From positions 29,126 to 93,125 of the forward strand of contig JAWLHX010000003.1 in assembly GCA_041690105.1 (NCBI GenBank): a stretch of 64,000 nt of DNA. Reading direction: 5' to 3'. This document shows, piece by piece, positions 27,508-37,751 of this stretch. The stretch is from Phycisphaerae bacterium. GTDB taxonomy: Bacteria > Planctomycetota > Phycisphaerae > FEN-1346 > JAACEH01. The notes below the pieces were generated by a model. It was not told the origin of the DNA, made no database searches, and was given only the letters and a program-made list of their open reading frames with translations. Made by a program: the position numbers and the translations under genes. Each line of letters starts with the position of its first letter. Within the stretch, counting starts at the first letter, position 1.

Positions 27508-28181
27508 GCAAGTCCCGGGGCAATCCGCCGATTGTCATCGGCATCAGCGGGGCCAGTGGCGGCTGCTATGCGGTGCGGCTGGTGGCCGAGTTGCTGCGCC
27601 TGGAGGTGCCCGTGGCCCTCGTCGTCTCACGGCAGGGTCTGGCCATGCTAATCAGCGAATGCGGTCTTGAGGTTGACGCCGACGGCCGCCCGCGATGGCA
27701 GTCGTTATGGCCCCAGGCCGACACCCCCGCGGGGTTGCTGCGCTGGTACCCGAACGATCAGCTTGATGTCAGCATAGCCAGCGGCAGCAGGCCATCGGCC
27801 GGCATGGTCGTCTGCCCGGCATCGCTGAACACGGTGGGGGCCTTGGCCGCAGGCATGGCCGGCACTCTTATGCACCGCGCCGCCCAGGTGGCCCTGAAGG
27901 AGCGCCGCAAGCTGGTTATTGTGCTGCGCGAGACTCCGCTGGCCACGCTGCATCTGGAGAAGCTGGTTGATCTTTCGCGCAGCGGAGCGGTTATTCTGCC
28001 GGCCATTCCGGCCTTTTACGATAAGCCGCAAACGCTGGACGAGGTAGTCGATTTCGTCGTAGCTCGCATTCTTGACCAGTTCGCCCTGGAGCACCACATT
28101 GGCCGGCGATGGCAGGCGACGGACGAGGCTAGCCCGGGCCGGTCAGCAGTTGACTCACCAAGCGAGGATCCCACTTCTTGA
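27504..28181 (+). CDS. ubiX: Flavin prenyltransferase UbiX (prFMN synthase)
   Basis: PIVIGISGASGGCYAVRLVAELL N-terminal flavoprotein motif, ~200 aa core. Confidence 0.85.
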   Translation: MSKSRGNPPIVIGISGASGGCYAVRLVAELLRLEVPVALVVSRQGLAMLISECGLEVDADGRPRWQSLWPQADTPAGLLRWYPNDQLDVSIASGSRPSAGMVVCPASLNTVGALAAGMAGTLMHRAAQVALKERRKLVIVLRETPLATLHLEKLVDLSRSGAVILPAIPAFYDKPQTLDEVVDFVVARILDQFALEHHIGRRWQATDEASPGRSAVDSPSEDPTS

Positions 28182-29152
28182 GCGGCAAGAAGGGACATGA
28201 TCATCAGTCGCCGTCCGGCAATAGCGGACAAAAGTCACCTGGCCGGCGGGGGCAGGGGCGGTTGGCTCGCCTGGCTCTTGTGCTCGAGACCATAAAATTC
28301 AGCCATACACTTTTTGCTCTGCCATTTGCTGCCGTCGGCGCGGTCTGGGCCCGGCAAGGCGTGCCGGGGCTGTACGAAAGCCTGCTGCTCCTTTTGGCGA
28401 TGGTGGCCGCCCGCACCTGTGCCATGTCGTTCAATCGGGTAATCGATGCCCGCCTGGATGCCGCCAACCCTCGAACCAGCAGCCGGGCCATTCCTGCCGG
28501 GTTGCTAAGTCGTCGCTATGTGCTCGCACTCGGCATAATCAGCGGCTCGATATTCCTGGCCGCGGCCGCTGCGTTCTGGCCACTGCTGGGTAACCCCTGG
28601 CCGGCCATGCTGGCTCTGCCCGTGCTGGGGCTGCTCATCGGCTACAGTTACACCAAGCGCTTCACGATGTTGTCGCACTATGTGCTTGGCGCCTCGCTGG
28701 GCCTGGCGCCGGTTGGCGCCTGGGTCGCCCTTACCGGCGGCATCGGCTGGATGCCCGTCATGCTGGGGACGGCGGTTATCTTCTGGACGGCCGGTTTCGA
28801 CATCCTTTACAGCCTGCAGGATATGGACCACGACCGTCGCAGTGGGCTGCGCAGCATTCCCGCGCGGCTGGGGCCGGAGCGCAGTCTGCTCATGGCCGAG
28901 TTCAACCATCTGCTGAGCATGGGCCTGCTGCTGGCGCTCTACCATTTAAGGCTCGATGATTACATCGACGGTCCGCGGCTCGGCTGGCTCTACATGGGCG
29001 GGGCCATCGTCTTTTATGCCCTCATATTTTACGAACACCGGCTGCTGAAGCCCGACAACCTCAGCCGCCTGAACCGGGCATTCTTCCACGCCAACGCAAT
29101 GGGCAGCATGCTGTTTGCCGCATTTGCCGTGGCCGATGTTCTGTTAGTATGA
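28178..29152 (+). CDS. UbiA-family polyprenyltransferase (4-hydroxybenzoate / 1,4-dihydroxy-6-naphthoate prenyltransferase; MqnP-like)
   Basis: NRVIDARLDAANPRTSSR aspartate-rich motif, 8-9 TM helices; ATGA overlap with ubiX. Confidence 0.8.
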   Translation: MSGKKGHDHQSPSGNSGQKSPGRRGQGRLARLALVLETIKFSHTLFALPFAAVGAVWARQGVPGLYESLLLLLAMVAARTCAMSFNRVIDARLDAANPRTSSRAIPAGLLSRRYVLALGIISGSIFLAAAAAFWPLLGNPWPAMLALPVLGLLIGYSYTKRFTMLSHYVLGASLGLAPVGAWVALTGGIGWMPVMLGTAVIFWTAGFDILYSLQDMDHDRRSGLRSIPARLGPERSLLMAEFNHLLSMGLLLALYHLRLDDYIDGPRLGWLYMGGAIVFYALIFYEHRLLKPDNLSRLNRAFFHANAMGSMLFAAFAVADVLLV

Positions 29153-29179
29153 TGCTGAACCAGTTGGAGACCGTAAGTT

Positions 29180-30328
29180 TTGACTCGACCGACAGAGCAG
29201 TTGCACGATGATATTCACCAGGAACTGACCGATCCGGCCCTGCACCCCATAGCCGACGCCGTGGCCGAAGGCCGACGACTCTCGGCCGAGCAAGGCCTGC
29301 TGCTGGCCCGCACGCACGACTTGCTGACCCTGGGCCGCCTGGCCAGCATTGCTCGCCGCAGGCGCAGCGGGGGCACAACCTGGTACATCGTCAACAGGCA
29401 CATCAACTACAGCAACATCTGCAGCAACAAGTGCCGCTTCTGCGCCTTTCGCCGCACGGCCGAGGCCAAAGACGCTTACGTCATGGAACTGCAAACGATT
29501 ATGCTGGAGGCCGAGCGGGCCGCCGAGCAGGGCGCCACCGAACTGCACATTGTGGGCAGCCTGCATCCTGATTTGCCATTCGATTATTACCTGAAGATGA
29601 TCGGCGGGCTGCATCAGAAGCACCCCCAGATTCATCTGCAGGCCTTCACCGCCGTCGAGATTGCCCACCTTGCCGAGCGTGCCGGAAGCGACACGCAACA
29701 GGTGCTCGCCCAGCTCAAGCAGGCCGGGCTTGGCTCGCTGCCCGGCGGAGGGGCGGAGGTTTTCAGCCCGCGCGTCAGGCAGATTGTCTGCCCCGAAAAG
29801 CTGCCGGGCGACCAGTGGCTGCGCATCATGGGCGAGGCTCACCAGCTTGGCTTGCCGAGCAACGCCACCATGCTCTATGGTCATGTGGAGACCGTTGAGG
29901 AATGGGTTGACCACCTGCTGGCCCTGCGCAGTCAGCAGGATGCCAGCGGCGGATTCATGACCTTTATCCCCCTGGCTTTTCATCCGCGAAATACCGACCT
30001 GCCCGAGGCCCGCGGCACGACCGGCATGATGGACCTCAGGATGATGGCCCTGGGGCGGCTGATGCTGGACAACATCCCGCACGTCAAGGCCTTCTGGATC
30101 ATGCTCGGCCTGCCGCTGGCCCAGCTTACTCAGCACTTCGGGGCCGATGACATCGACGGCACCGTGGTCCAGGAACGCATCACCCACGCCGCCGGGGCCA
30201 CCACCCCGCAGGCTCTCACGGTCGAGGACCTGCGCCAGCTTATCCGCGAGGCCGGCTTCCAGCCGCAGGAACGCAACACCGTCTACCGGCAGGTCGTCCG
30301 CCAAGGCTCTTCCTGGCACCTCGCCTGA
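29180..30328 (+). CDS. Radical SAM enzyme of the MqnC/MqnE (CofH-like) family, futalosine-pathway menaquinone biosynthesis
   Basis: CxxxCxxC cluster motif in HINYSNICSNKCRFCAF; ~380 aa; context with the late-step mqn genes. Confidence 0.7.
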   Translation: MTRPTEQLHDDIHQELTDPALHPIADAVAEGRRLSAEQGLLLARTHDLLTLGRLASIARRRRSGGTTWYIVNRHINYSNICSNKCRFCAFRRTAEAKDAYVMELQTIMLEAERAAEQGATELHIVGSLHPDLPFDYYLKMIGGLHQKHPQIHLQAFTAVEIAHLAERAGSDTQQVLAQLKQAGLGSLPGGGAEVFSPRVRQIVCPEKLPGDQWLRIMGEAHQLGLPSNATMLYGHVETVEEWVDHLLALRSQQDASGGFMTFIPLAFHPRNTDLPEARGTTGMMDLRMMALGRLMLDNIPHVKAFWIMLGLPLAQLTQHFGADDIDGTVVQERITHAAGATTPQALTVEDLRQLIREAGFQPQERNTVYRQVVRQGSSWHLA

Positions 30329-30506
30329 TATATTGCCGCTGCTCCCCGTGCGGGGCCACCCGAATTACGCCGCGTGTCTTGCCGCCCAACGCCATTGGCA
30401 TTATCCTGCAAGTGCGACTATTGCCTGCGTCGTGCGGCAAATGTCGCAGTAGCAGACGGGCCGGGGGGCAGATGTTCGCTCCGGCGGCAACAGGGGGGCA
30501 TTCGCT

Positions 30507-31133
30507 ATGGCGACCAGCATTCAGGTCATTTTCTACAGCACTTACGGGCACGTCTATAAACTGGCCGAGGCCGTGGTGGACGGAGCCAGGTCCATCGCCG
30601 ACACCGACGTCCAGTTGCTGCGGGTGGCCGAGACGCTGTCGGAGGAGATTCTGGGCAAAATGAATGCCATTGAAGCACAGAAGGCCTTCGCCCACGTGCC
30701 TGTGGCCCGCCCCGAAAAGCTGCCCGAGGCCGATGGCATTATCCTCGGTTCGCCCACACGCTTCGGCAACGTGACGGCCCAGATGCGTGCTTTTCTTGAT
30801 GCCACCGGCGACTCCTGGGTGAGCGGCAAGCTGATTGGCAAGGTCGGGTCCGGCTTCACCAGCACGGCCAGCCAGCACGGCGGGCAGGAGACCACTCTGC
30901 TGACGCTCTCCACCTTCTTCTTCCACCAGGGCATGCTGATTGCCGGGGTGCCTTACAGCTCGAAGGGATTGCTGACGCTCGAGGAGATGAGCGGGGGCAC
31001 ACCATACGGCGCCAGCACCATTGCCGGGGCCAAGGGCGAGCGCTGGCCATCGCAGAACGAGCTTGAAATCGCCAGGGCCCAGGGGCGTCACGTGGCCCGG
31101 GCAGCCAAGGCCATGAAGACTTATGCCGGTTAG
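30507..31133 (+). CDS. wrbA: NAD(P)H:quinone oxidoreductase WrbA (flavodoxin-like)
   Basis: [20 protein letters not shown]...[18 protein letters not shown]...[28 protein letters not shown] closely parallels E. coli WrbA. Confidence 0.9.
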   Translation: MATSIQVIFYSTYGHVYKLAEAVVDGARSIADTDVQLLRVAETLSEEILGKMNAIEAQKAFAHVPVARPEKLPEADGIILGSPTRFGNVTAQMRAFLDATGDSWVSGKLIGKVGSGFTSTASQHGGQETTLLTLSTFFFHQGMLIAGVPYSSKGLLTLEEMSGGTPYGASTIAGAKGERWPSQNELEIARAQGRHVARAAKAMKTYAG

Positions 31134-31161
31134 TATGCTTCCAGGTCAGCATGAAAAAATG

Positions 31162-31196
31162 GCCCACACTCCCGCTTTGGGGATGTGTGGGCTTTC
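31162..31196 (+). terminator. Candidate intrinsic terminator downstream of wrbA
   Basis: GCCCACAC-(15 nt loop)-GTGTGGGC followed by TTTC; 29 nt after the wrbA stop. Confidence 0.4.
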
Positions 31197-31299
31197 AGCT
31201 TGGACCCGCTTGCCGGCAGGGGGGGATTAGCCGAATCAAGCGAGCCACAACGAATTGTTTTTTAACGCCAGCCAGCCCGCCTGCAAAAAAACTCATCCT

Positions 31300-31644
31300 T
31301 CAGGCGCAGCGGCCATTCTGGCCCTGGCGGCGAGCCACCAGCAGGCCCAGCCCGATGCCAAGCAGAGCCATGGTGCTGGGCTCGGGTATTATCATCGAAA
31401 CCGTGCCCCCGGTGCCCATGGCCATTGCTAATTGCCCGGTTGCTGCAAACTTTGGCGATGGTGCTTTCAGTTCTTCGGCGCCAGCAAAAGCGGGGTTGCT
31501 GACAGAGGCTATTACCGGATTGGCCTGAGCAGAGGCGCTTGCGGCCGCCGCCAGAAACAGGGCCGGCAGCATCAGCAGGCAGAGAGTGGTCGTCAGTAAC
31601 TGCAGAATCGTCCTGGCGCGGCAACGGACGTGGGTACGGGACAT
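31300..31644 (-). CDS. Small secreted PEP-CTERM-anchored protein (~114 aa)
   Basis: Start at internal ATG 31644 (GGAGG RBS; MSRTHVRCRARTILQLLTTTLCLLMLPALFLAAAASASA signal peptide). C-terminal IPEPSTMALLGIGLGLLVARRQ = PEP motif + TM + basic cluster. Confidence 0.65.
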   Translation of the reverse strand: MSRTHVRCRARTILQLLTTTLCLLMLPALFLAAAASASAQANPVIASVSNPAFAGAEELKAPSPKFAATGQLAMAMGTGGTVSMIIPEPSTMALLGIGLGLLVARRQGQNGRCA

Positions 31645-31947
31645 AGCAGAGCTACCTCCATGTAGTCTGAACCTGGCCACCAAGACCCCGCCGACGCTTT
31701 CCAGCCCACCGTGCGAGCCTGCCTTGCAGCCACTGACTTAGAGTCTGCCGATGGCCCCGGCGGTGTCAAATGAACCCGGCGGCAACGACACGTAAGGCGT
31801 TGCCGTGTAGCATGTTAGATAGAAATAAAAAATCTTCGGCAGAGGCTGGTCTGAGGCCAGAAAGCTAGCGTTTTATGGCTGGAAACACTCTTGGTGGGCG
31901 ACTTGACTGTTTTATGCGGCGGGGTGCGGCGGGCGCTGGTGCTTCCG

Positions 31948-31979
31948 TAAAAATGCCACGACGGGCAAGCCCGCCGTGG
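31948..31979 (-). terminator. Candidate intrinsic terminator for rny (minus strand)
   Basis: Plus strand AAAAA-GCCACGACGGGCAAGCCCGCCGTGGC; read on the minus strand this is a GC hairpin followed by a U-tract, ~70 nt after the rny stop. Confidence 0.4.
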
Positions 31980-32047
31980 CACATTACGCATTTCAGTTTC
32001 CGTCTGCAGCCGTCGGGTTGACGTCCGCGGTGAGTTGAAGCGGTGCT

Positions 32048-33640
32048 TTACGAGACATACCTGGCATATTCCACCGCTCGCTTTTCGCGCAGGACGGTCA
32101 CCTGGATTTCGCCGGGGAAGGTCAGTTCGCTTTCGATCTTCAGGGCGATATCGCGGGCCAGTTTCATCGTCTCGGTGTCGGTGCTGCGATTGGCGTCCAC
32201 CATGACGCGGATTTCCCGGCCGGCCTGGATGGCAAAGGCCGACTCCACGCCCTGCTCGCGGAACGCCATGGCAATGGACTCCAGCTTCTCCAGTCGCTGC
32301 AGGTACCGTTCCAGCGATTCGCGGCGGGCGCCCGGTCGCGAGGCGCTGACGGCATCGGCCGCACTTACTATCCAACTGTAAATGTTGGTCGTGGGCTTCA
32401 GGTCGTGATGAGCGCTGGCTGCATCGACCACCTCCGGCGGTTCGCCGTAGCGGCGGCACAGGTCGCCGCCAATTTCCGGATGGCCGCCTTCCACCTCGTG
32501 ATCGACAGCCTTGCCGACGTCGTGCAGCAATCCGCAGCGGGTGGCCAACTGCGAATCCAGCCCAAGTTCCTCGGCTATCATGCCTGACAGGTGGGCTACC
32601 TCCACGGCGTGCTGCAGAACATTCTGCCCGTAGCTGGTGCGGAACTGCAGGCGTCCCAGCAGGGGGATAAGCTTGTTGTTGAGGCCGCGGATTTTCAGAT
32701 CGTGGACGACCTGCTTGCCGCCCTCGAGTATCTGCTGGTCAACCTCCTTGCGTGTCTCGGCCACCACCTCCTCGATGCGGGCGGGGTGAATGCGACCGTC
32801 AACTATCAGCTTGCTCATGGCCCGGCGGCCAATTTCGCGTCGCACGCTGTCGTGCCCGCTGACAATGACCACGCCCGGCGTGTCGTCAACTATCACGTCA
32901 ACTCCGGTGGCTTTCTCGAAGGCCCGGATGTTGCGACCTTCGCGGCCAATGACGCGGCCCTTCATCTCGTCGCTCGGAATATCGACCGACGAAACCGTGG
33001 CTTCGCTGGTGATGTCGCTGGCCATCCGCTGGATGCTCTGCACAATGATGTTGCGGGCCCGCTCTTCGCCCTCTTCGTTGGCCCGGTCGACGTGGTGGCG
33101 GATAATCTCGCCCTCTTCGTGCTCCATCTCCTGCGAAATCCGGGTAATAAACAACTCGCGGGCCTGCTCCTGACTCAGTCCGCTCAGTTCCTGCAGCTTC
33201 TGGGCCTGCTCGCCCAGGGCCTGCTGAACCTTCTGTTCGTTCTCCTGCAACTGCTGTTCCCGATCGCTCAGGCGGCGTTCGATGCTCTCGATGGTCTTTT
33301 CTTTGCGCAGCAGCAGTTCGCTCTGCTCGGTAACGCTGTCCTCGCGTTTGCTCAGGCGGCGCTCGAGTTCCTTGAGTTCGTTTCGGGTGCCTTCGGTCTC
33401 GCGCTGGAAGCTGTCCTTGCTCTTCAGCAGCCAGTCGCGGGCTTCAAGCTCGGATTCCTTCTTGATCTGATCGGCATCTCGCTTGGCCTGATCGACAATA
33501 CTCTGGGCCGACTGGTGCTTTTGTTTGAACTCGTTAAGTTTGCCTTTGGTATACAGCCAGAGTGCAACCAGGGCGACGACGATGATGGCCGCCAGGCTGG
33601 AGACAACGATAAGAGGCACATTTGCAACGGTGGTCAGCAT
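32048..33640 (-). CDS. rny: Ribonuclease Y
   Basis: N-terminal TM helix, long coiled coil, KH domain ([25 protein letters not shown]) and HD domain ([19 protein letters not shown]...LLHDVGKA); 530 aa. Confidence 0.9.
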   Translation of the reverse strand: MLTTVANVPLIVVSSLAAIIVVALVALWLYTKGKLNEFKQKHQSAQSIVDQAKRDADQIKKESELEARDWLLKSKDSFQRETEGTRNELKELERRLSKREDSVTEQSELLLRKEKTIESIERRLSDREQQLQENEQKVQQALGEQAQKLQELSGLSQEQARELFITRISQEMEHEEGEIIRHHVDRANEEGEERARNIIVQSIQRMASDITSEATVSSVDIPSDEMKGRVIGREGRNIRAFEKATGVDVIVDDTPGVVIVSGHDSVRREIGRRAMSKLIVDGRIHPARIEEVVAETRKEVDQQILEGGKQVVHDLKIRGLNNKLIPLLGRLQFRTSYGQNVLQHAVEVAHLSGMIAEELGLDSQLATRCGLLHDVGKAVDHEVEGGHPEIGGDLCRRYGEPPEVVDAASAHHDLKPTTNIYSWIVSAADAVSASRPGARRESLERYLQRLEKLESIAMAFREQGVESAFAIQAGREIRVMVDANRSTDTETMKLARDIALKIESELTFPGEIQVTVLREKRAVEYARYVS

Positions 33641-34641
33641 GGATTCGATCCCCTTTCTGCCGCGCGGGGCCCGTTATGGGCAGCGCTTCGGCCGTGCCAG
33701 TGTGGCAGAGGATCGCCGGCGATGGGGCAGGGGCTTTTGGCTGAAGCTCGAAAAATCGCTGTGGGAGCGACCACTTGAGCAGGCCAATTAACTGCTACCG
33801 TCTCGCATTCTGGAGATGGAGGCCTAACAGTCGCCAGGAGATAGACTTAGGCATCATGCAACAAGGATTAATGGACGGTCGCCTCGATCTTTGCCGCAGC
33901 TATCGGGCTGCAGCAACCCCGCAGTTCCCCCGGCGATAACGTCTCCGCCGCAGAGGATTGGTGTCGGAAAGATGCGGTACGATTGCGACTTCAATGGATC
34001 CGGCCCCTTTTGATCAGTGGTTTCAGGTACAGAAACCGTTTATGAGGGCTTTACTTTTGAATTACGTCCATTTACTCGCTGATGATCATTAAATCTATCG
34101 TGCGGCGGTTGCAGCTCCAGCCCCAGGTTCGCCGGCCGCGGCTCCTGTATATCAGAATACCGTTGCCCGGGCGAACTTCAGCGACTCCGCGAATTGGCCG
34201 AATCGGCCCGGCGGCGTCGATTAACCAAGTTCGGACGCGGTGTCGCGGCATTCTGCCGCCAAGCCCCTGGCAAATTCCAGAGCGGGCCCAAATCCGAACC
34301 TTATTTAGAACAACCAGACAAATCGAATCAAACTTTATGACTTTTTAGTGTCTACGTCAAGCGCAAAGCGGCCACAGGCCGGCGGCGGGTGGGCCGCAGG
34401 GAGTGTCGGCGGTTACCTGCTTGCCGCTCAATGCCCGGCTGCGACTGTGTTTGATGCTTGTCAGCAGGGCGGCGGAACCCTACAATCCACGTATTCCAAG
34501 CGTGTGTTCGGGGTCGAATAATATATCCGCCGGCTGCTGCCGGATGCGGGCGGTTCTGTCGGCTCTGCTTTCAATTTGAGCAAATCCGGTGCTTTTTGCG
34601 GGGGCCTGCCGTGTGCCTCGCCTGGAAAGAGATGAAAAACG

Positions 34642-35493
34642 ATGAGTTTTCGCACCCTGATGATAGGCGACATTGTCGGCAAACCCGGCCGCAGTGCAGT
34701 AGAAGCAATGGTTGGCAACCTGATCAAGAGCGAGCAGATCGACCTGGTAATTGCCAACGCCGAGAACAGTGCCGCCGGCTCCGGAATTACTCCTTCAATA
34801 TATGATGGCCTTCGCCAGGCCGGTGTGGACGTCATTACCATGGGCGACCACTGCTACCGGAAGAAGGAATCGATCCCCCTTTACGAGACCAAGGACCGCT
34901 TGCTGCGCCCGGGTAACCTGCCTGAGGTGGCGGCCGGACGCGGCTGGTGCGTGATCGAGACCCGCAACGGCTCGCACGTGGCGGTCATCAACATGCAGGG
35001 TCGCACCTTCATGAAGCCCATCGATTGCCCATTTGCGGCCATGGATCGGGCCCTGGAGGAGATCGGGCAGATGACGCAGCTGGTGTTTGTCGATTTCCAT
35101 GCCGAAGCCACCAGCGACAAGATGGCCATGGGCTGGTTTCTGGATGGCCGGGTGACGGCCCTGGTGGGCACACATACCCATGCCCAGACGGCCGATGAGC
35201 GGGTGCTGCCGGGCGGCACGGCCTTTATCAGCGACCTGGGCATGAGCGGGCCGTACGACAGTGTGCTGGGCCGCCGCAAGGACCGTGTTATCCGCCATTT
35301 GACTACGGGCATGCCGACCTTCTTCGAGGTTGCCACCGGCGACGTACGCGTCTGCGGGGCGATTATCACCGCCGATGAGCAGACGGGGCGGGCTACGAGC
35401 ATTCGCCGTATAAATCTCTCGTACGTGGCCGAAGCCGACCAGGCCTACGACGCTGCCGACGGCAAGGGTGGCGGCGGAGGAGACGAGATCTGA
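34642..35493 (+). CDS. ymdB: YmdB-family metallophosphoesterase (2',3'-cyclic-nucleotide phosphodiesterase-like, TIGR00282)
   Basis: MSFRTLMIGDIVGKPGR...ANAENSAAGSGIT...GDHCY...GTHTHAQTADE metallophosphatase motifs typical of YmdB; classic genomic partner of rny (divergent here). Confidence 0.8.
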   Translation: MSFRTLMIGDIVGKPGRSAVEAMVGNLIKSEQIDLVIANAENSAAGSGITPSIYDGLRQAGVDVITMGDHCYRKKESIPLYETKDRLLRPGNLPEVAAGRGWCVIETRNGSHVAVINMQGRTFMKPIDCPFAAMDRALEEIGQMTQLVFVDFHAEATSDKMAMGWFLDGRVTALVGTHTHAQTADERVLPGGTAFISDLGMSGPYDSVLGRRKDRVIRHLTTGMPTFFEVATGDVRVCGAIITADEQTGRATSIRRINLSYVAEADQAYDAADGKGGGGGDEI

Positions 35494-35746
35494 AGCCAGG
35501 AAACTTCGGAGCGTAGCAGTAACTGGCGCGCGGCGGAAATTTGAGGGACAGAAATGGTCAATCTGGATTTGCGAGGAAGCCTCTGGTTCAAGATTGGATT
35601 CTTCTTCGGACTGGGTTTGACTGCGTCAGGGGTGCTTGCCTGGGTTGTAGTTTATGTAGCAACCTGGGTATTTTCATTCTGGTTCTTATAAAGCAATACG
35701 GTCGGTGGGGGCGCCCACCGGTGTCGGTATTGAATGATAATAGAGT

Positions 35747-37486
35747 ATGGCCAAGAAGAAGCGACAGAACAGTCTGTTTGACGATGTGCCGCTGTTTGAT
35801 CCCCAACGGGTCAAGCTGCCCGATGATGCCCCTGCGCCCACGGGCGATGATGATGACGATGCAGGCGGTAGTGCCGGCAAGGTTGGCAGTGGCGGCGGTA
35901 GTGCGGCGGGTGGCAAGGTGCGGGGGCGTAAGGGCGGCAGGCGACGGAAATCGGCCAGTGTCTCGCTGGTGCCGGAGTCGGACGAGTCCTCTTCTGCAGA
36001 GTCCACATCGGGCGCAGAGGGCGGGGCGGCTTTGGTGGCGGCCAATGGTTCGCGCGAGCAGCCACTTACGGTCAGCCAGCTATCCCAAGGCATTGCCGAT
36101 GTGCTGGAGGTCTGCCTGTCGCGCGTCTGGGTGGTGGGCGAGGTGAGCGGCCTTAAGCGGGCGGCCAGCGGGCATTTGTATTTCGATCTGAAGGACGGCG
36201 AGTCGCTTATCTCATGCGTCATGTGGCGGAGCGATGCCGGACGGTTGCGGATGGACGTGGAGGACGGGCTTGAGGTTCTGGCTCAGGCCCGGGTGGGCTA
36301 CTACGGGCGGAGCGGGCGGCTTCAGTTATATGTCAGCCTGCTGGAGATGCGCGGGGCGGGCCTGCTGGAGCTTCGATTCCGGCAGATGAAGGAGCGGCTT
36401 GAGGCCGAGGGCCTGTTTGCCGCGGAGCGCAAGCGTGCCCTGCCTGAGTTTCCTTCGACCATTGGCGTGGTGACCAGCGGAACGGGGGCGGCTGTTCGGG
36501 ATATTTTTCACGTTCTGCGTCGGCGGTGGCCGGCAGTGCGGGTGATTCTGGCTCCGGTACGGGTGCAGGGCGAGGGTGCCCGGGAAGAGATTGCCGCCGC
36601 GGTGCGTGCCTTCGACCGGCATCTGTCGGACGTGGTGGACGTGCTGATTGTGGGACGCGGTGGCGGCAGCCTGGAGGACTTGTGGGCCTTCAACGAGGAG
36701 TGCGTGGCCCGGGCGATAGCCGATTGCAGCATTCCGGTGGTAAGCGCAGTGGGGCACGAGACCGATTTTTCGATCAGCGACTTCGTGGCCGATGTTCGTG
36801 CTCCGACTCCTTCGGCGGCGGCCGAAATCGTGGTGCCCGATTGCCGGGAATTCCAGCGGCGGCTGGGCAGTCATGCGGGCCGACTGGTGCGGGCCATGAC
36901 CGGCCTGCTTCAGACAGCGGGCCATCGGCTGCATCGGCTGGCGGAACATCGCTTTTTCAAGTATCCTGAGGAGATTGCCGGACAGGCAGCCATCAGGCTG
37001 GACGATTTGCAGCAACGGCTGAATCATGCGCTGGTTGGACGAATTGTCCGCCAGGGCGAGCGACTGACGAACATCGAGCGCCGCCTGTTGCAGCAACGGC
37101 CCAGTCGGCAACTGGCTCTGCGGGTGGCAGCCCTTGAGCAACTTGCCGGACGACACCGCTCGCAGGCCGATCGTCTGCTGGAGCGGGCCCGGGCCCGGGT
37201 TGACCGGCTCGGCGACCGGCTGGAGGCCCTGAGTCCGCTGGCGGTGCTGGGGCGCGGCTACAGTATTACCCTCAACCGGAGCAGCGGACGAGCGGTGCGA
37301 CGAGCGGCCGATGTTGAAGCAGGGCTTGAACTTGAGACGCTGCTGGCTGATGGCGATCGGATTCGCAGCACGGTCAGCGACAGCGAGGCTGGCCGCGACG
37401 GGCGGCCGACGGCGGCTCCGGACAATGCGGGCACTAATGAACGCGGCGGAATGGACGACGAAGACGGGAGCAGGCGAGATGGCTAA
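35747..37486 (+). CDS. xseA: Exodeoxyribonuclease VII large subunit, with ~110-aa low-complexity N-terminal extension
   Basis: OB-fold and catalytic core (VWVVGEVSGLKRAASGHLYFDLKD...GVVTSGTGAAVRDI...VIVGRGGGSLEDLWAFNEE). N-terminal Gly/Asp/Lys/Arg-rich tail before the OB fold. The antisense 401-aa ORF is a shadow. Confidence 0.85.
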   Translation: MAKKKRQNSLFDDVPLFDPQRVKLPDDAPAPTGDDDDDAGGSAGKVGSGGGSAAGGKVRGRKGGRRRKSASVSLVPESDESSSAESTSGAEGGAALVAANGSREQPLTVSQLSQGIADVLEVCLSRVWVVGEVSGLKRAASGHLYFDLKDGESLISCVMWRSDAGRLRMDVEDGLEVLAQARVGYYGRSGRLQLYVSLLEMRGAGLLELRFRQMKERLEAEGLFAAERKRALPEFPSTIGVVTSGTGAAVRDIFHVLRRRWPAVRVILAPVRVQGEGAREEIAAAVRAFDRHLSDVVDVLIVGRGGGSLEDLWAFNEECVARAIADCSIPVVSAVGHETDFSISDFVADVRAPTPSAAAEIVVPDCREFQRRLGSHAGRLVRAMTGLLQTAGHRLHRLAEHRFFKYPEEIAGQAAIRLDDLQQRLNHALVGRIVRQGERLTNIERRLLQQRPSRQLALRVAALEQLAGRHRSQADRLLERARARVDRLGDRLEALSPLAVLGRGYSITLNRSSGRAVRRAADVEAGLELETLLADGDRIRSTVSDSEAGRDGRPTAAPDNAGTNERGGMDDEDGSRRDG

Positions 37487-37751
37487 GAAGGCGCAAAACG
37501 AGCGGCAGTCGGAGGCGACATTTGCCTGCAATCTGCGCGAGCTGGAACAGATTGTGGCGGCTCTGGAGCGGGGCGAGGTGGAGTTGGAAAAGAGCCTGGA
37601 GCTTTACGAGCGCGGAGCAGCACTTATAGGCTGTTGCCGCAAACAATTGCAGCAGGCCGAGATGCGCATCGAGAAGATGCAGATCGGCAAGCAGGGCGTG
37701 AGCCTGGAGGCTGTCGAAGAAGAGGGCGGTGATGACGAGGACCAGTCATGA
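37479..37751 (+). CDS. xseB: Exodeoxyribonuclease VII small subunit
   Basis: ATG at ~37479 (8-nt overlap with xseA): MAKKAQNERQSEATFACNLRELEQIVAALERGEVELEKSLELYERGAALIGCCRKQLQQAEMRIEKM matches the XseB helical-hairpin family; the track ORF 37311.. is the same frame extended upstream. Confidence 0.8.
   Translation: MAKKAQNERQSEATFACNLRELEQIVAALERGEVELEKSLELYERGAALIGCCRKQLQQAEMRIEKMQIGKQGVSLEAVEEEGGDDEDQS

Noticed and set aside
29144-30319. 391-aa minus-strand ORF
   Set aside because: Antisense to the radical SAM MqnC/E-like gene, which has the canonical CxxxCxxC motif on the plus strand.
33641-33660. tRNA-like T-loop resemblance (GGATCGAATCC on minus strand) just upstream of rny
   Set aside because: Lacks the conserved T54 and any acceptor or anticodon stem context; lies in the rny 5' leader. 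No tRNA is called anywhere in the window.
32591-33778. 395-aa plus-strand ORF
   Set aside because: Antisense to rny (KH + HD domains clearly on the minus strand).
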